Below are positions 46,975 through 60,458 of a DNA stretch of 64,000 nucleotides, in pieces. The translations under genes were made by a program, and so were the position numbers. The stretch is taken from positions 310,001 through 374,000 of the forward strand of contig NW_024055654.1 of assembly GCF_902713615.1 (NCBI RefSeq), written 5' to 3'. Numbering within the stretch: position 1 is the stretch's first letter; every line of letters starts with the position of its first letter. This stretch comes from Scyliorhinus canicula (taxonomy: Eukaryota). Under the pieces are notes generated by a model. That model had not been told where the DNA came from and ran no database searches. It saw only the letters and a list, made by a program, of their open reading frames with translations.

Positions 46975-48810
46975 GGAGGCACAAATAGGCCATTTTCTGG
47001 TTGGTGAGATGTAATGAGTGATGTGTCACAGGGATCAGTGCTGGAGACTCAACGTTTTACAATGTATATCAATGACTTTGATGACGGGACCAAAGGTTTG
47101 CTGAGGAAGTGTAGGCACTGTTGTGCTTTCTTGATCGTAGCGTCGATGTGTGTGCACCAGGACAGATTGTTGGTGATGTGCACACCTAGAAATTTGAAGC
47201 TGTCAACCATCTCCACCTCGACACCATTGATGCAGACAGGGGTGTGTACGACACTTCCTGAAGTCAATGACCAGCTCCTCAGTTTTGCTGATGTTGAGGG
47301 AGAGATTGATGTCATTGCACCACTCCACTAGGTTCTCTGTCTCCCTCCTGTACTCTGACCCATCGGTGTTCAAGATCAAAACAGTAGGGGTAGTGTGGGA
47401 CATGGTATTAATCGGAGATTAGAGAAGTATGTAGCATGGGTAAAACAGTAATGGGTGACTTCAATCTGCATATAGACTGGGTTAACCTAATGGGCACTGA
47501 TGCTGCTCAGGACAAGTTTCTGGAGTGTGTTAGGGACAGTTATCTACAGCAGTAAGTTGAGGAACCGACTAGAGAACAGGCTTTGCAGATCTAATATTAT
47601 GCAATGATAAAGGGCTAATTGATAATCGCGCTGAAAACAACCTTTCGGGATGAGTGACCAGAATATTGAATCTGAGGTATTCCAATCCGAAGCCAGGGTA
47701 TTAAGTTTGAAGGAAATTATGAAGGTAGAAGGGACAAATTAGCTGAGGTGGATTGGGGTAAATACATTAAAAGGTGTGACAGTCCACAGGCAATAGATAG
47801 ACTTTCAATAATTATTACACAGTTTACATTCCTTCAGAGCACAAAAACCCTAAAAGGTCAGAGAACCGTGACTACCAGAGGAAGTGAAGTTTTGTATAAG
47901 ATTGAAAGAAAAGGCTGATAAAGTTATCAGAAATAGGAATAAACCTGAGGATTGGGAGGATTTTAGAATACAGCAAAGGACCAAAAGACTGAGAAAGCGA
48001 GGGAGACAGAATATGAATGTGAACCAGCAAATCACATAAAAATGAACTGTAAAAGTTCCTACAGGTACGAAAAAAGGAAACGTTTAGCTAAGACAAAGGA
48101 TTGTCCGACGCAGATAGAGGCAGGAGAATTTATTGGGCAGCACAGTAACACAATCGTTAGCACAGTTGCTTCACAGCACCAGAGTCCCAAGTTCGATCCC
48201 CTGCTGGGTCACTGTCTGTGCTGAGTCTGCACGTTCTCCCCGTGTCTGTGTGGGTTTCCTCCAAGTACTCCGGTTTCCTCCCACAGTCCAAAGATGTGCA
48301 GGTTAGGTGGATTAGCCACGTTAAATTGCCATAAGTGTCCAAAAAGGTTAGGAGGGATTATTGGGTTTGGGTGGAAGTGAGGGCTTAAGTGGGTCGGTGC
48401 AGACTCGATAGGCCGAATGGTCTCCTTCTGCATCGTATGGTCTATAATGAGGAATAGAGATCACAGCCACATCGTTCAACACTCTGGGATGCAGATCATC
48501 AGCTTTTGGGGATTTATTCACTTTCAACCCCATTAATGTCTCCAGTACGACATTTTCACCAATACTAATCTCTGCCAGTCCCTTAGTTCTCTGGTGTTTT
48601 GGGGACAGTTTCTGTATCTTCCTCTGTGAAGACAGACTCACATTGTTTAGTTTCTCTGCCATTTCCTTACACCCCATTATAAACTCTCCTGTCTCTGCCT
48701 GGAATGGACCAACATTGGTCTTTGCTAATCTTTTCCTTTTCACATTCCTGTCGAAGCTTTTCCAGTCGGTTTTTATGTTTCTCCCCAGTTTGCTCTCATC
48801 AGTTTCTTGA
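46975..48810. mobile_element. Mosaic of CR1 fragments (both strands), a Rex-Babar fragment (47095-47370, minus) and a SINE (48136-48445)
   Basis: RT/endonuclease remnants; FKFLGVHITNNLSW motif. Confidence 0.65.
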
Positions 48811-48959
48811 TCCTCCTTTGCTGAAGTCTAATGGATCTCATGGAATCTTTAACTTTTCTTGTTCGCCAAGATTGCATCATTTTTTATGTTGGATTGTTGT
48901 TCCTTAAAGGAATCTATATTTGTTGTATATGTGCAAAATACAAATTGCAAAAATTCCAG

Positions 48960-49160
48960 AGGACCAGAGGCTGCTCTCCCCTTTGACAGAGAGAGAGCTG
49001 ACTGGAGGTGATTTAACCCGAGGGTCAGTACACCTCAGGCGAGGGGCCTGGTTCAGAAGGCGGGGCCTTCATGAATAAACTCAGCCAGTACGGGAGTTGA
49101 ATCCTCACTGTTGGCCTTGCTCTGCATCACCAACCAGCCGTCCGGCCAACTCAGCTGACC
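48960..49160 (-). mobile_element. Second tRNA-derived SINE family
   Basis: A-box-like agctgagttgg, B-box-like gattcaactcc; homologous to 53992-54200. Confidence 0.6.
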
Positions 49161-49640
49161 AACCCCTGATAAATATGTAATAATTCCTTAAATATTAGGT
49201 ATTCCCTGTACCAATCAGTTTCCCAGTCCACCTCAGACAACTTGCCCCTCATACCCTGATTGTTTTCTTCTGTGAGAAACACTCAGGTAAATTAAACAAA
49301 AGAACCAGGTAACCACCAGGGCCCATCTCCATGGCAACATGGCTGAGGCGAGGGGGGGGGGGGGTTCCAAACAGAAATGGAAACGAAATATCTTCAAACT
49401 TCCAAACACCCTTTCACTCGGAGATCCTTGTGCAATTTGAAGCCGGGTATTAGCAACAAAGCTCAAAGAGAATCAGCCCACTGGAGGCAAAGTGGTGAGA
49501 CCGGCCAGTCCAGCAGAAAGAAACCCTCCGACCATCCCCACTGACCACCTGTCAGAATGAACAAAATGCAGTCCTGGCTGTAGAGCAGAAACAATAACAG
49601 CAGAATCCAACCCCTGTAATAGATTGTGAAATTGTGGGTG

Positions 49641-50291
49641 TCACAGCAGGTGTGGTGCAACATGCAATCCCGTCTCACATTGAGGGGTGAATGGCCTCTT
49701 CCCAGTGTGAACTCGCTGGTGTGACTGCAGGTTGAATGCTCGAGTAAATCCTTTCCCACACTGAGAGCAGGTGAATGGCCTCTCCCCAGTGTGAACTCGC
49801 TGGTGTCTTCGCAGGTGAGATAACTGAGTAAATCCCTTCCCACACTGAGAGCATGTGGATGGCCTCTCCCCAGTGTGAACTCGCTGGTGTGTCCGCAGGG
49901 TGGATGAATCAGTGAATCTTTTTCCACACCGAGGGCAGGTGAATGGCCTCTCTCCAGTGTGAACTCGCTGATGTCTCTGCAGGTTGGATGAATCATTGAA
50001 TCCCTTCCCACACTGAGAGCAGGTGAATGGTCTTTCCCCAGTGTGAACTCGCTGATGTGTCTGCAGGCTGGAAAACTGAGTCAATCCTTTGCCACATTTT
50101 GAGCAGGTGAATAGCGTCTCCCCAGCGTGAGCTCGCTGGTGTGTCTGCAGGCTGGAGAACTGAGTGAATCCCTTCCCACACTTGGAGCAGGTGAACGGTC
50201 TCTCCCCAGTGTGACTGCGTCGATGAGTCTCCAGCTGAGATGGGAAACTGAATCCCTTCCCACAGTCCCCACATTTCCACGGTTTCTCCAT
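49641..50291 (-). CDS. C2H2 zinc-finger protein ZNF-5, 7 fingers plus a broken 8th (216 aa from ATG 50291)
   Basis: [10 protein letters not shown]...; last finger lacks its first Cys and ends at TGA; acceptor ttttacag| (exon begins 50707). Confidence 0.8.
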   Translation of the reverse strand: MEKPWKCGDCGKGFSFPSQLETHRRSHTGERPFTCSKCGKGFTQFSSLQTHQRAHAGETLFTCSKCGKGLTQFSSLQTHQRVHTGERPFTCSQCGKGFNDSSNLQRHQRVHTGERPFTCPRCGKRFTDSSTLRTHQRVHTGERPSTCSQCGKGFTQLSHLRRHQRVHTGERPFTCSQCGKGFTRAFNLQSHQRVHTGKRPFTPQCETGLHVAPHLL

Positions 50292-50400
50292 TTTTTTGGG
50301 TCTCCAAATCAGTTGAAGCCTCGTCCACAGACACAACACGGGTAAGGTCCCTCCCCACTCTGAATGTTGTTTTTCAGGCTGTGTAACTGGTCAAAGCTCT

Positions 50401-50562
50401 TTCCACAGTCAGTTCACTGGAACTCTCTCACTCGGGTGTGTGTTGTGTGGGTCTCGGTGCTTTTCCAGTCACACTGATGTTTCCACAGTCGGTTCACTGG
50501 AACACTCTCACTCGGGTGTGTGTTGTGTGGGTCTTGGTGCTTTTCCAGTCACACTGATGTTT
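50401..50562. repeat. 80-bp direct duplication of a degenerate finger in the ZNF-5 leader
   Basis: ttccacagtc...acactgatgt repeated at 50401 and 50481. Confidence 0.85.
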
Positions 50563-51019
50563 CAAATCTTAAGCCGACAATTTGGGTAAATGTTTCATCT
50601 TATCAACTCAAAGGCCAATGATAATCTGGTTCTAAGGAATCGAGTGATTGTCAAATTGAGACTTGACTGTTGAGATTTCTGTCTGTAATTCCTCCTCACT
50701 TAATATTCTGTAAAAAAAATTACAAAATTCATCACTGTCAGTACAGGATAGAAACTCAGAACAATAATTCTCAATAAATGGAACATTTTTTTCCTCTCTC
50801 TTATTCCCCGAAAGCTGGAAATCTCCACCCCACACACTCTCCCTCCATTCTCACTCTGCTGTATCTAATATTCACCCTCCCTATTCCCCTGAAGGTGCTG
50901 ATTCAGGCTGATTGACAGATCCAAGCTCAGCTCACTGCTTCCTGTCCAGGAGGTCACAAGAAATATGAGCTGCAGTCAGCCATTCGGCCCATCCAACCTG
51001 AACCATTCAATGGGATCAT

Positions 51020-51327
51020 TGAAGCCTGGGAGTTTAAAATTAGAAAGTGTGCATCATATCCTGTCTCTGAGGCTGAGGGATAGTTTTCATCCCAGGCCTG
51101 TTATCATTCGCTTCCACAACCTGAAAGAAGATTCTGGAGATGGTGAGGTGGCACCTGGCCCACAGAGAGGGGGAGGATTCAGGACTTTTCGGCAGCAACA
51201 CAAACAAAGCGTCAAGGCATCGATGAAGTTCAAAGGCAGCTCATGGCTGTGGAGAGTGAATTCCGTCAGGCTTTATCCTGCAACCCGTAAAACGGTATCC
51301 AACAACTCCGTCAAGTCTTTCAATAAA
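51020..51327 (+). mobile_element. L1-clade ORF1 remnant
   Basis: LE..H......PRPVIIRFHN and FQDFS / LYPA motifs across frames. Confidence 0.55.
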
Positions 51328-51676
51328 TCATAGAATTTACAGTGCAGAAGGAGGCCATTCGGCCCATCGAGTCTGCACCGGTTCTTGGAAAGAACACCCT
51401 ACCCAAGGTCAACACCTCCACCCTATCCCCATAACCCAATAACCCCACCCAACACTAAGGGCAATTTTGGACACTAAGGGCAATTTATCATGACCAATCC
51501 ACCTAACCTGCACATCTTTGGAATGTGGGAGGAAACCGGAGCACCCGGAGGAAACCCACGCACGCACGGGGAGGATATGCAGACTCCGCACAGACAGTGA
51601 CCCAAGCCGGAATCGAACCCGAGACCCTGGAGCTGTGAAGCGATTGTGCTGTCCACAATGCTACCGTGCTGCCCCA
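51328..51676 (-). mobile_element. SINE, CR1-type tail
   Basis: Full head-core-tail. Confidence 0.85.
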
Positions 51677-51809
51677 ACTATTGCCTTGATCTTCACTAAA
51701 TCCATGAAGGGCAAGGATCTGGAGGGATGGTTTGCAGCTCAGACTAACTCAGGTTCTAATCCGGACTCTTTCCCTGTCATGGTGGTGTCTGAATTTCACA
51801 GAATCACAG

Positions 51810-53460
51810 AAATACACATTGGGACAGGAGTAGGCCATTCAGCCCCTCAAATCTGTCCTGCCATTTAGTGAGATCATGGCTGATCTGTGACCTAACTCCA
51901 TATTCCTTTGTATCTTTGCTCAACAAAAATCTATCTATTTCAGATATAAACTTAACAAGTGATCCAGCTTCACCTGCTGTTTGTGGGAGAGTTCCAAACC
52001 TCTCCCACCCTGTGTGTGAAGAAGTTCTTCCGAACATCTCCTGAACGGTCCAGCCCTGATTTTTAGACAATGACCCCTAGTTTTCGAATCGCCAATCAGT
52101 GGAAATAGTTTATCTTCATCAACCCTGTCTTTCCCTGTTAATATCTTAAATACTTCAATCAGATCACACCTTAACCTTCTAAATTCTAGCGAAAACAGGC
52201 CTAATTTGTGTAATCTCTCCTTGTCACGTAACCCCCCCGTAGTCAGTGTATTGTGGGGTGCCGTTTTAGTAAACCTTAGTTGCACTCCCTCCAAGGCCAA
52301 AATATCCTCCCGAAGTTGTGGTGTCCCAGAACTGCTCACAGTTCTCCAAGTGGGGTCTTACCAGGGTTTTGTATAACTGCAGTCTTTATACTGAAATCCT
52401 CTAGATATGAATGGCTTTCGCCTTTTTAATTATGTTCTGGACTTGATTGTGACATTTTAAGGATCTGTGCACCTGTACCCCAAGTCTCTTTGAACATCCA
52501 CTGTCTGCTGACCTCTTTCCATTTAGAAAATACACTGCTCTATCCTTTTTTGGTCCAGAATTGCTTACATTCAATTCGATCTGTCACAAATTTGCCCATT
52601 CACTTAATCTGTCAATATCTCCTTGCAATTTAATGCCATCATCTGAGTTGTCTGCAATGCCACTTAAATTTGTTTCATCAGCAACAGTGCAGAAGAGGCC
52701 CTTGGGGCCCATCAAGTCTGCACTGACACATAGAACATAGAACAAGGTGTTGTGAACCAGTATTCGGATAATGTACAACGTTGGTGGAAAGGGCAAAAAC
52801 ATGGCAGATTGATTTAATGCGGAGAAGTATGAAGTAATTCATATGGGAGGCAGAATACAGAAAGGCAAAATAAAATAAATGGAATGATTTTCAAGATGGT
52901 GCAGGGGTAGCGGGACCTATGCGTAGATACATTATTGATGGTTAAAATGACAGATTGGGTGAACGGTTGATATAGCACCGAATGAAGGTAATTATCAATG
53001 GGGATATAGCATACAGAGGAAAGGACGTTATGTTAAACCTGTCTGAAACTCTGGTTCAGACTGAACTGAGGTATTTGGGGATTCGCACATAGGGAGAATT
53101 CGGGTGGATGCAGAAAATATTTATGGGAATGGGTTCAGAGATTAGGAACTTTATTCAGGAAGATAGATTTGAGAAGTTGCGACTGTTTCCCTTGACGAGC
53201 AGGTTAAAAAGTGACCTGAGAGAGGTATTAAAAATCACCAGGGTTCTAGACAGAGTAGATAGGAGGAATTGATCCCATTGGTGGGAGGGTCGAGTACCAG
53301 AGAGCACAGGTTGAAGGTAATTGGGAAAAGAGTCATGGAGACATGAGGAGAAACATTTTCACCCAATGAGTGGTTAGGATGTGGACTGGACTGTTTGAGG
53401 GTGTGTTAGAGGCCGGGTCAGTTAACGCTTTCATAGGGGAATTGAATTGTTCTCTTAAAA
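51810..53460. mobile_element. CR1-like LINE fragments (51810-52680 minus; 52770-53460 plus, degraded)
   Basis: [36 protein letters not shown]. Confidence 0.75.
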
Positions 53461-53991
53461 GGAAAACCAATGCTAGGTTACAGAGAAATTAGAAGCATTG
53501 CATCAACCGCCCCTTTTGTTAGTCAGCACATGCATGCTGGGTGGAAGGGCCTTCGGCTGCATTGGAAACACTCTCAGACTATTTTAAAAGGACGACAGTG
53601 GGTTAGCTGCGATGTCACTGGGCTAGTAATTAAGATGCCCAACCTAATCCTTTGAGGCCCTGTGTCCAAATTCTACAACAGCTGAAAGTTGAATTTTAAA
53701 ATGCAAACAAGAGACCCAATAAGCTAATCAGCTCATGGGTTTAGAGATGGCCAATAAATGTTGGCCTCGCCACTGAGGCCCACGTCGCATGACTTCTTTG
53801 TGTTTAAATCAGAAACTGCAATAGAACAGTTTGGCCAGTTGGTGGCTGTGTTGCAGCGAAAGATGGGTGGGCCTGGACCCAATCAGTGACACCGTGATTG
53901 CTGACACTACATGAAGCAGAGATTGTCTCAATTATTACGACAATGGACTCTGTCGGTGTTCAAGTCAAACGAGACACCGTCTTTGAATATA

Positions 53992-54200
53992 TTCGGCTAG
54001 CTCAGTTGGTTAGACAGCTGGTTTCTGATCCAGAACCAGGCCAACAGCACTGGGTGAATTCCCATACCGGCTAAGGTTATACATGAAGGACTTGCCTTCC
54101 CAACCTTATCCCCAGCTTCAGGTTAAATCACCACCAATTAGCTCTCCCCCTCAAAAAGGAAAGCAACCTATGGTCATCTGGGACTATGGCGACTTTACCG
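53992..54200 (+). mobile_element. Second tRNA-derived SINE family
   Basis: A-box TAGCTCAGTTGG; body homologous to 48960-49160. Confidence 0.6.
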
Positions 54201-55554
54201 ATAATGCTCGGTCATGTTTCTGATTTTATGACTGCAGGTCTCAGTTGTTACCGTACTCTACTCAATCCCAGCTGTTAACATGTTGAACATGAATTTATAT
54301 TACGCTCAGTACTCAGTAAGTTACAATTGCACTGAATCATCTCTCGGATAATATGAGAATGGTTTGTGTCCCAATTCTTACTTCACTGATACGAAACCAG
54401 AAAATGTTCCTGTTTGTATTACATGAGGCTCTGTCTCAGTTATTACTGTAATATAACCTGCCACATTCCTCAGGGTAGGGGCCGAGGCCCTACCATCTTT
54501 AGCTACATGGTTAATGATCTTCATTAACTCATAAAGTCAGAAATGAGGATGTTCTCTGGTGATTGCACAATTTAAACCACCATTCGCGACCCCTCACATA
54601 CTGAAGCAGCCTATTACTAAATGCAACAAGAACTGAAGTATATTCAGGTTTGACTGGCAAGTGACAATTACAGGCAATGTCCATCTCTGACAAGAGAGGA
54701 TCGAACCATCGCCCCTGACATTCAATGGAATTACCATCGTGCAATCCCCCAGCATCATTATCCTAATGATGACCATTGACCAGAGACTGAAATAGAATAG
54801 CCCAATAAATACGGTATCTACCAGAGCACGTCAAGTCTAGGAATACAGGACAAAGTGGTTTCTTTGAGTGTCATCACTTCCACAAACATCCAATCCCTCA
54901 AGCACCGACAAACAGTGGCAGATTTTGTAATATATACAAGATGAACTCTCGAAAGTTACCACGGCAACTGAGGCAGCATCTTCCAAACCTACGACCACTG
55001 CCATCTAGAAGGACAATGCTACAATACGCATGTAATTGTGTGATCCTAATTGTAGAAATACTTTCTACAATAATAACCGGAATAGGTCAAAGGTAGCAAT
55101 ACAGAAAACAGCCTCACATTCCAAACTGGCAGGGATACAGATTCCAGAAATCCTAATAGAGAATTAGAGCATTGAAGCATGAATGAACGGTGGTCTATTG
55201 TACATACAACACCGAGGCAGCGTTTTTGACACTCGTATTTTATAAGACGTAACTAAAATAGCGAAGTCATTGCTGACTATGAAGGTACAAAATACAGGGA
55301 TTGATGCAATTTTAACAGTTGCAACCTTCAGTGTATTACTGAACACATCTCAGGATCGAGTCTGAGGATAACTGAGTCAGTATGTACTGCAGCCAATCGA
55401 AGTTGTGTCTCAAATAACCGTGTCTGTGTGAGAGACCGTGCCTATTAGAACATAGAACAGTACAGCACAGAACAGGCCCTTCGCCCCTCGATGTTGTCCC
55501 GAGCAATGATCACCCTACTCAAACCCACGTATCCACCCTATACCCATAACCCAA

Positions 55555-56190
55555 CATTGTCACTGGGTCAGTGTCTCCCTCCCCTGGTCTCTATGATGTT
55601 GTTTATGGAGAGAAGCCGGAAGTGACGGACAGTGAGTGGAGAATGTTCATTGTTCGGCTCTGGGGCCGCACTGGGGTTTGTATTAAAATCCCCCGACAGA
55701 CCTCTCACCTGACACCTCACAATGCGCGAAGTGATTGACGGCAGCACTGACCAATAGGTAAAGAATAGGTTGGAACGGAGGACCTGTGGGGAGTCAGGGG
55801 TCCTCCAACCAATCAGCGTGAATGAGGGGGCGGGACTGGGCTTAATGAAGCATGCGCAGTGTGATTAATGGCGACAAAGAAAAAACGTTCGTTCTCGGAT
55901 CCACAATCCGTAAAGGTGGGAATGACGGGACCGAGGGAGAGATGAATCAGGCGCGTCGTTGGACACACTACATAAATATGTGATATAAACCGAAAACCCG
56001 TAAAAATAACCTACCGGTACCGGGGGCCCTGAGCGAGGCCTGCAGCTTTCTCACAGACGGGACGATGGAGCCGCCATCTTTAACTTTATTTGGGCATTAG
56101 TAGCAGTGCGCACGCGCACCCACCATTTTTATTGGGGGCAGCAGCAGCGGAGTTCAGGCTCAGTCGCCATCATTGTTGAGGGCAACATTT
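55555..56190 (-). promoter_or_regulatory. Inverted copy of the ZNF promoter cassette, likely driving ZNF-5
   Basis: Reverse complement aligns by eye to 28730-29320, including NRF1, YY1, CCAAT and the CAG|GTGAGAGG donor (~55710). Confidence 0.7.
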
Positions 56191-56449
56191 AGAATTGTTT
56201 CATTATTACAGACTGTTTCACTCTGGAATTACAAATTCCTATTTATGAATCAGAACAATGATACATTTCCAGGGCTGTGACAATAATTCATATTTATTTT
56301 GACAGAATAAAGCTTTTTGAGACATTTCAGAGAAATGTTACAAAATAACAATTGACACAGCCTCGAGGAGATATTGGATTTTAATGATAATCGTAATAGA
56401 GGAAAGTGAGTGAGAGATTTGGAGATTTTTAAGGAGGAAATTCCAGAGC

Positions 56450-56755
56450 TAGTGTGGAGCATGCGCAGTGTCACTTTGCTCGGGCCCTGTGCGTGCGGGA
56501 GACGCTTTTCTGAACGGGTGAGAGTCGGTGGGCCGGAGGTGGGGGTGGGGAGGGAGCCGAGGCTTCATAAACACCCAGTGCAGGTCTCACAACCTCAATA
56601 GGAAGCTGGAGGCCCCGGGTTTGTAATACCCAGGCTTTTCCCCAGGAACAAGCCCAGGTGACCGACCGCCATCTTGGATCAGTGGGGAGTGACGGGCATG
56701 CGCCATTATGTGACGCAATAGTGTGGGCGGGGCCTCAGGGTTCCGGTGACCAGGG
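56450..56755 (+). promoter_or_regulatory. CpG-rich promoter-like segment, candidate for ZNF-6
   Basis: GCATGCGCA ~56459, CCGCCATCTT ~56666, TGACGCAA ~56711, GC box, TTCCGG. Confidence 0.5.
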
Positions 56756-57169
56756 GAGAGTCGCCTTTGGGACATTTCAGTTCTCAGAGCTGGATTCAGG
56801 TGGACGCAGAGGCAACACTGGTTCAGGTGGTGATGGGCATCCTGGTGCATCCTCAGCCACCGAGAGTAATTATGCAACATGTCGAGGATTTGAAAGAGAG
56901 AAACATGCCCAATTTGATGCATTTTATTTATGAGGCATCGAGGTGTCGCCCAATTCTCAGCAACATTTGACACTGAGCCATACAGGGAGATATCAGAGCA
57001 GGTGGACAAAAGCTTGTATATAAGGTAGGCTTTAAGGAGATTCTGAAAATAGGAAAGTGAAGGAGTGAGCAGGAGAGATTTAAGGAAGAATTTCCACAGC
57101 TTGGCTCTCAGGCAACTGAAAAAATAGGCACCAGTCATAGTGATTAATATTGCAAATGCTAAGTACAGC

Positions 57170-58085
57170 ATTGTGGCGCAGTGATTAGCCCTGCTGCCTC
57201 ACAGCGCCGAGGTCCCAGGTACGATCCTGTCTCTGGGTCCCTGTCCGTGTAGAGTTTGCACATTCTCCCCGTGTTTGCGTGGGTTTCGTCCCCACAACCC
57301 ATCTTTGGTGGATTGGCCACGCTAAATTGCCCCTTAATTGGAAAAAATTGGGTACTCTAAATTTATTTTAAGAAGCAAAAATATTGAGAATGCTCATGAC
57401 CATAACATGTAAGATGTAGAGCAAAGTAGGCCATTCGGCCCATTGAGTCTGCCCTGCCATTCCATGAAATGGTAGCTGATCTGATATCCTCAATTCCACT
57501 TTCCTGTCTTATCCCCATAATTCCTTGATTCCATTCCTGAATTTGCAATTGTCTATCTCAGTTTGAGGCCAGAATTAGATGAGAGCAAACATCTCGGTGG
57601 CTGGATGAGATGACAGAGACAGGGAGACACAACCCTGGAGGAAAAGGTGGCTTCTTAAACAGGAAATTTATAGGTCACTGAGCCACTGGATTAACTCAAT
57701 ACTACAGGGGGTTGAATGTGGGAGGTCTCTGAGGGTGCGTTAGGATAGTGGTCTAGAGGAAATAAGAGAATGGATTGGGCAGCATAAGTCGATAGCACTG
57801 TGGCTTCACAGCATCAGAGTCCGAGGTTCGATTCCCCGCTGGGTCACTGCCTGTGCGGAGTCTGCATGTTCTCCCCGTGTCTACGTGGGTTTCCTCCGGG
57901 TGCTCCTGGTTTCCTCCTATGTCCAAAGATGTGCTGTTAGGTGGATTGGCCATACTAAATTGCCCTTATTGTCCAAAAAGGTTAGGAGGGGTTTTGGGTT
58001 ACGGGGATAGGGTAGAAAATGAGGGCTCAAGTGGTTCGGTGCAGACTCGATGGGCTGAATGGCCTCCTTCTGCACTCTATGTTCA
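57170..58085 (+). mobile_element. SINE copies (57170-57370 A-tail; 57777-58085 CR1-tail) and a CR1 3' end between them
   Basis: Head and V-core motifs. Confidence 0.7.
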
Positions 58086-58658
58086 TGTCGGCCAGACCAG
58101 GTAAGGATGGAAGATTTTCTTTTCTGTTCATTCACGGGATGTGCGTGTCACTGGCTGGACCAGCATTCACTGCCCAGCCCTAATTGCCCTTGACTAGAGG
58201 GCATCTCAGAGCATTTTAAGGGTCAACCAGCTGACTGGGATCTGGTGTCATGTGTAGGCCAGACCAGATAAGGAGAGAAGATTTCCTTCACTGAAGGACA
58301 TGAGTGAACCAGATGGGTCATTATAACAATCAACAATTGGCTGAGCAAGCCACTCAGTTTAAGGGAAATTAGGAATGGGCAATAAATGTTGGCCCAGCCA
58401 GTGACTCCCACAAATCATAAAATAAAACCCTGGAGTCTCCAGTCAGTCAATCCGGGAGAGTTGGCATCCGGTCCAGGCTCGCAGCGCATGCCATCGTGGT
58501 CATCACCAGACTTCCAATGAATTAAAATGTTACCGTTCTGCCTTGGTGAGATTCATGCATGGGTCTCTGGAAAATCATTTAGAACAGTAAAAAGATTTTG
58601 GATCTTGAAAAAATAGTTGGCCCCTCGAGCCTGCTTCCGACACACAAACTTGTGGTAA

Positions 58659-58995
58659 GGGCAGCACGGTGGGTAGCGTAAATGCTTCACAGCTCCAGGG
58701 TCCCAGGTTCGGTTTCCCAGGCAGGGTCACTGTCTGTGCGGAGTCTGCACGTCCTCCCGGTGTGCGTGGGGTTTCCTCCGGTGGCTCCGGTTTCCTCCCA
58801 CAGTCCAAAGATGTGCGGGTTAGGTGGAATTGGCATGCTAAATTGCCCGTAGTGTCCCTAAACAGTAAGGTTAAGGGGGGATTGTTGGGTTATGGGTATA
58901 GGGTGGATACGTGGGTTTGGAGTAGGTGATCATTGCTCGGCACAACATCGAGGGCCGAAGGGCCTGTTCTGTGCTGTACTGTTCTATGTTTCTAT
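58659..58995 (+). mobile_element. Young SINE inserted after the first unit of the 39-bp array
   Basis: Same subfamily as 29959-30297. Confidence 0.85.
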
Positions 58996-60458
58996 AAACT
59001 AGGAGTCAGCCCCTCGAGCCTGATCCTTAACACAAAACTACGAGTCGGCCCCTCGAGCCTGCCCCTTACATACAAACCAGGAGTCGGCCCCTCGAGCCTG
59101 CTCCTTACACACAAACTAGGAGTCGGCCCCTCGAGCCTGCTCCTTACACACAAACCAGGAGTCAGCCCCTCGAGCCTGCTCCTTACACACAAACCAGGAG
59201 TCGGCCCTCGAGCCTGCTCCTTACACACAAACCAGGAGTCGGCCCCGTGAGCCTGCTCCTTACACACAAACTAGGAGTCGGCCGTCTCGAGCCTGCTCCT
59301 TACATACAGACTAGGAGCCGGCCCCTCGAGCCTGCTCCTTACACACGATCTAGGAGTTGGACCCTCGAGCCTGCTCCTTACACACAAACTAGAAGCCGGC
59401 CCTCGAGCCTGCTCCTTACACACAAACTAGGAGTCGCCCCTCGAGCCTGCTCCTTACATACAAACTAGGAGTTGGCCCCTCGAGCCTGCTCCTTACATAC
59501 AAACTAGGAGTCGGCCCCTCGAGCCCTGCTCCTTACACACAAACTAGGAGTCGCCCCTCGAGCCTGCTCCTTACACACAAACCAGGAGTCGGCCCCTCGA
59601 GCCTGCTCCTTACACACAAACTAGGAGCCGGCCCTCGAGCCTGCTCCTTACACACAAACTAGGAGTCAGCCCCTCGAGCCTCCTCCTTACACACAAACTA
59701 GGAGCCCGGCCCTCGAGCCTGCTCCTTACACACAAACTAGGAGTCAGTCCCTCGAGCCTGCTCCTTACATACAAACTAGGAGTCGGCCCCTCGAGCCTGC
59801 TCCTTACACACAAACTAGGAGTCTGTCCCTCAAGCCTGCTCCATTGCACACAACACTAGGAGTCGGCCCCTCGAGCCTGCTCCTTACACACAAACTAGGA
59901 GTCAGCCCCTCGAGCCTGCCTCCTTACACACAAACTAGGAGCCGGCCCATCGAGCTGCTCCTTACACACAAACTAGGAGCCGGCCCTCGAGCCTGCTCCT
60001 TACCACAAACTAGGAGTCGGCCCCTCGAGCCTGCTCCTTACACACAAACTAGGAGTCAGTCCCTCGAGCCTGATCCTTACATACAAACTAGGAGTCGGCC
60101 CCTCGAGCCTGCTCCTTACACACAAACTAGGAGTCAGTCCCTCGAGCCTGATCCTTACATACAGACTAGGAGTCGGCCCCTCGAGCCTGCTCCTACACAC
60201 AACCAGGAGTCGGTCCCTCGAGCCTGCTCCTTACACACAACTAGGAGCCGGCCCTCGAGCCTGCTCCTTACACACAACTAGGAGTCAGCCCCTCGAGCCT
60301 GCTCCTTACACACAAACTAGGAGCCGGCCCTCGAGCCTGCTCCTTACACACAAACTAAGGAGCCGCCCTCGAGCCTGCTCCTTACACACAAACTAGGAGC
60401 CGGCCTCGAGCCTGCTCCTTACACACAAACTAGGAGTCGGCCCCTCGAGGCTGCTCCA
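58996..60458 (+). repeat. 39-bp minisatellite (~37 copies) derived from a CR1 3' tail
   Basis: Unit aaactaggagtcggcccctcgagcctgctccttacacac; orphan unit at ~58615-58650; array runs into a reverse-strand CR1 3' end. Confidence 0.92.

Noticed and set aside
53992-54070. tRNA gene
   Set aside because: A-box present but no complete cloverleaf; continues into a repeat body also found at 48960-49160, so it is a SINE head (as are the other B-box hits)
58933-60281. Repetitive ORFs (HKLGVGPSSLLLT)n
   Set aside because: Translation of the 39-bp minisatellite, frequently frameshifted
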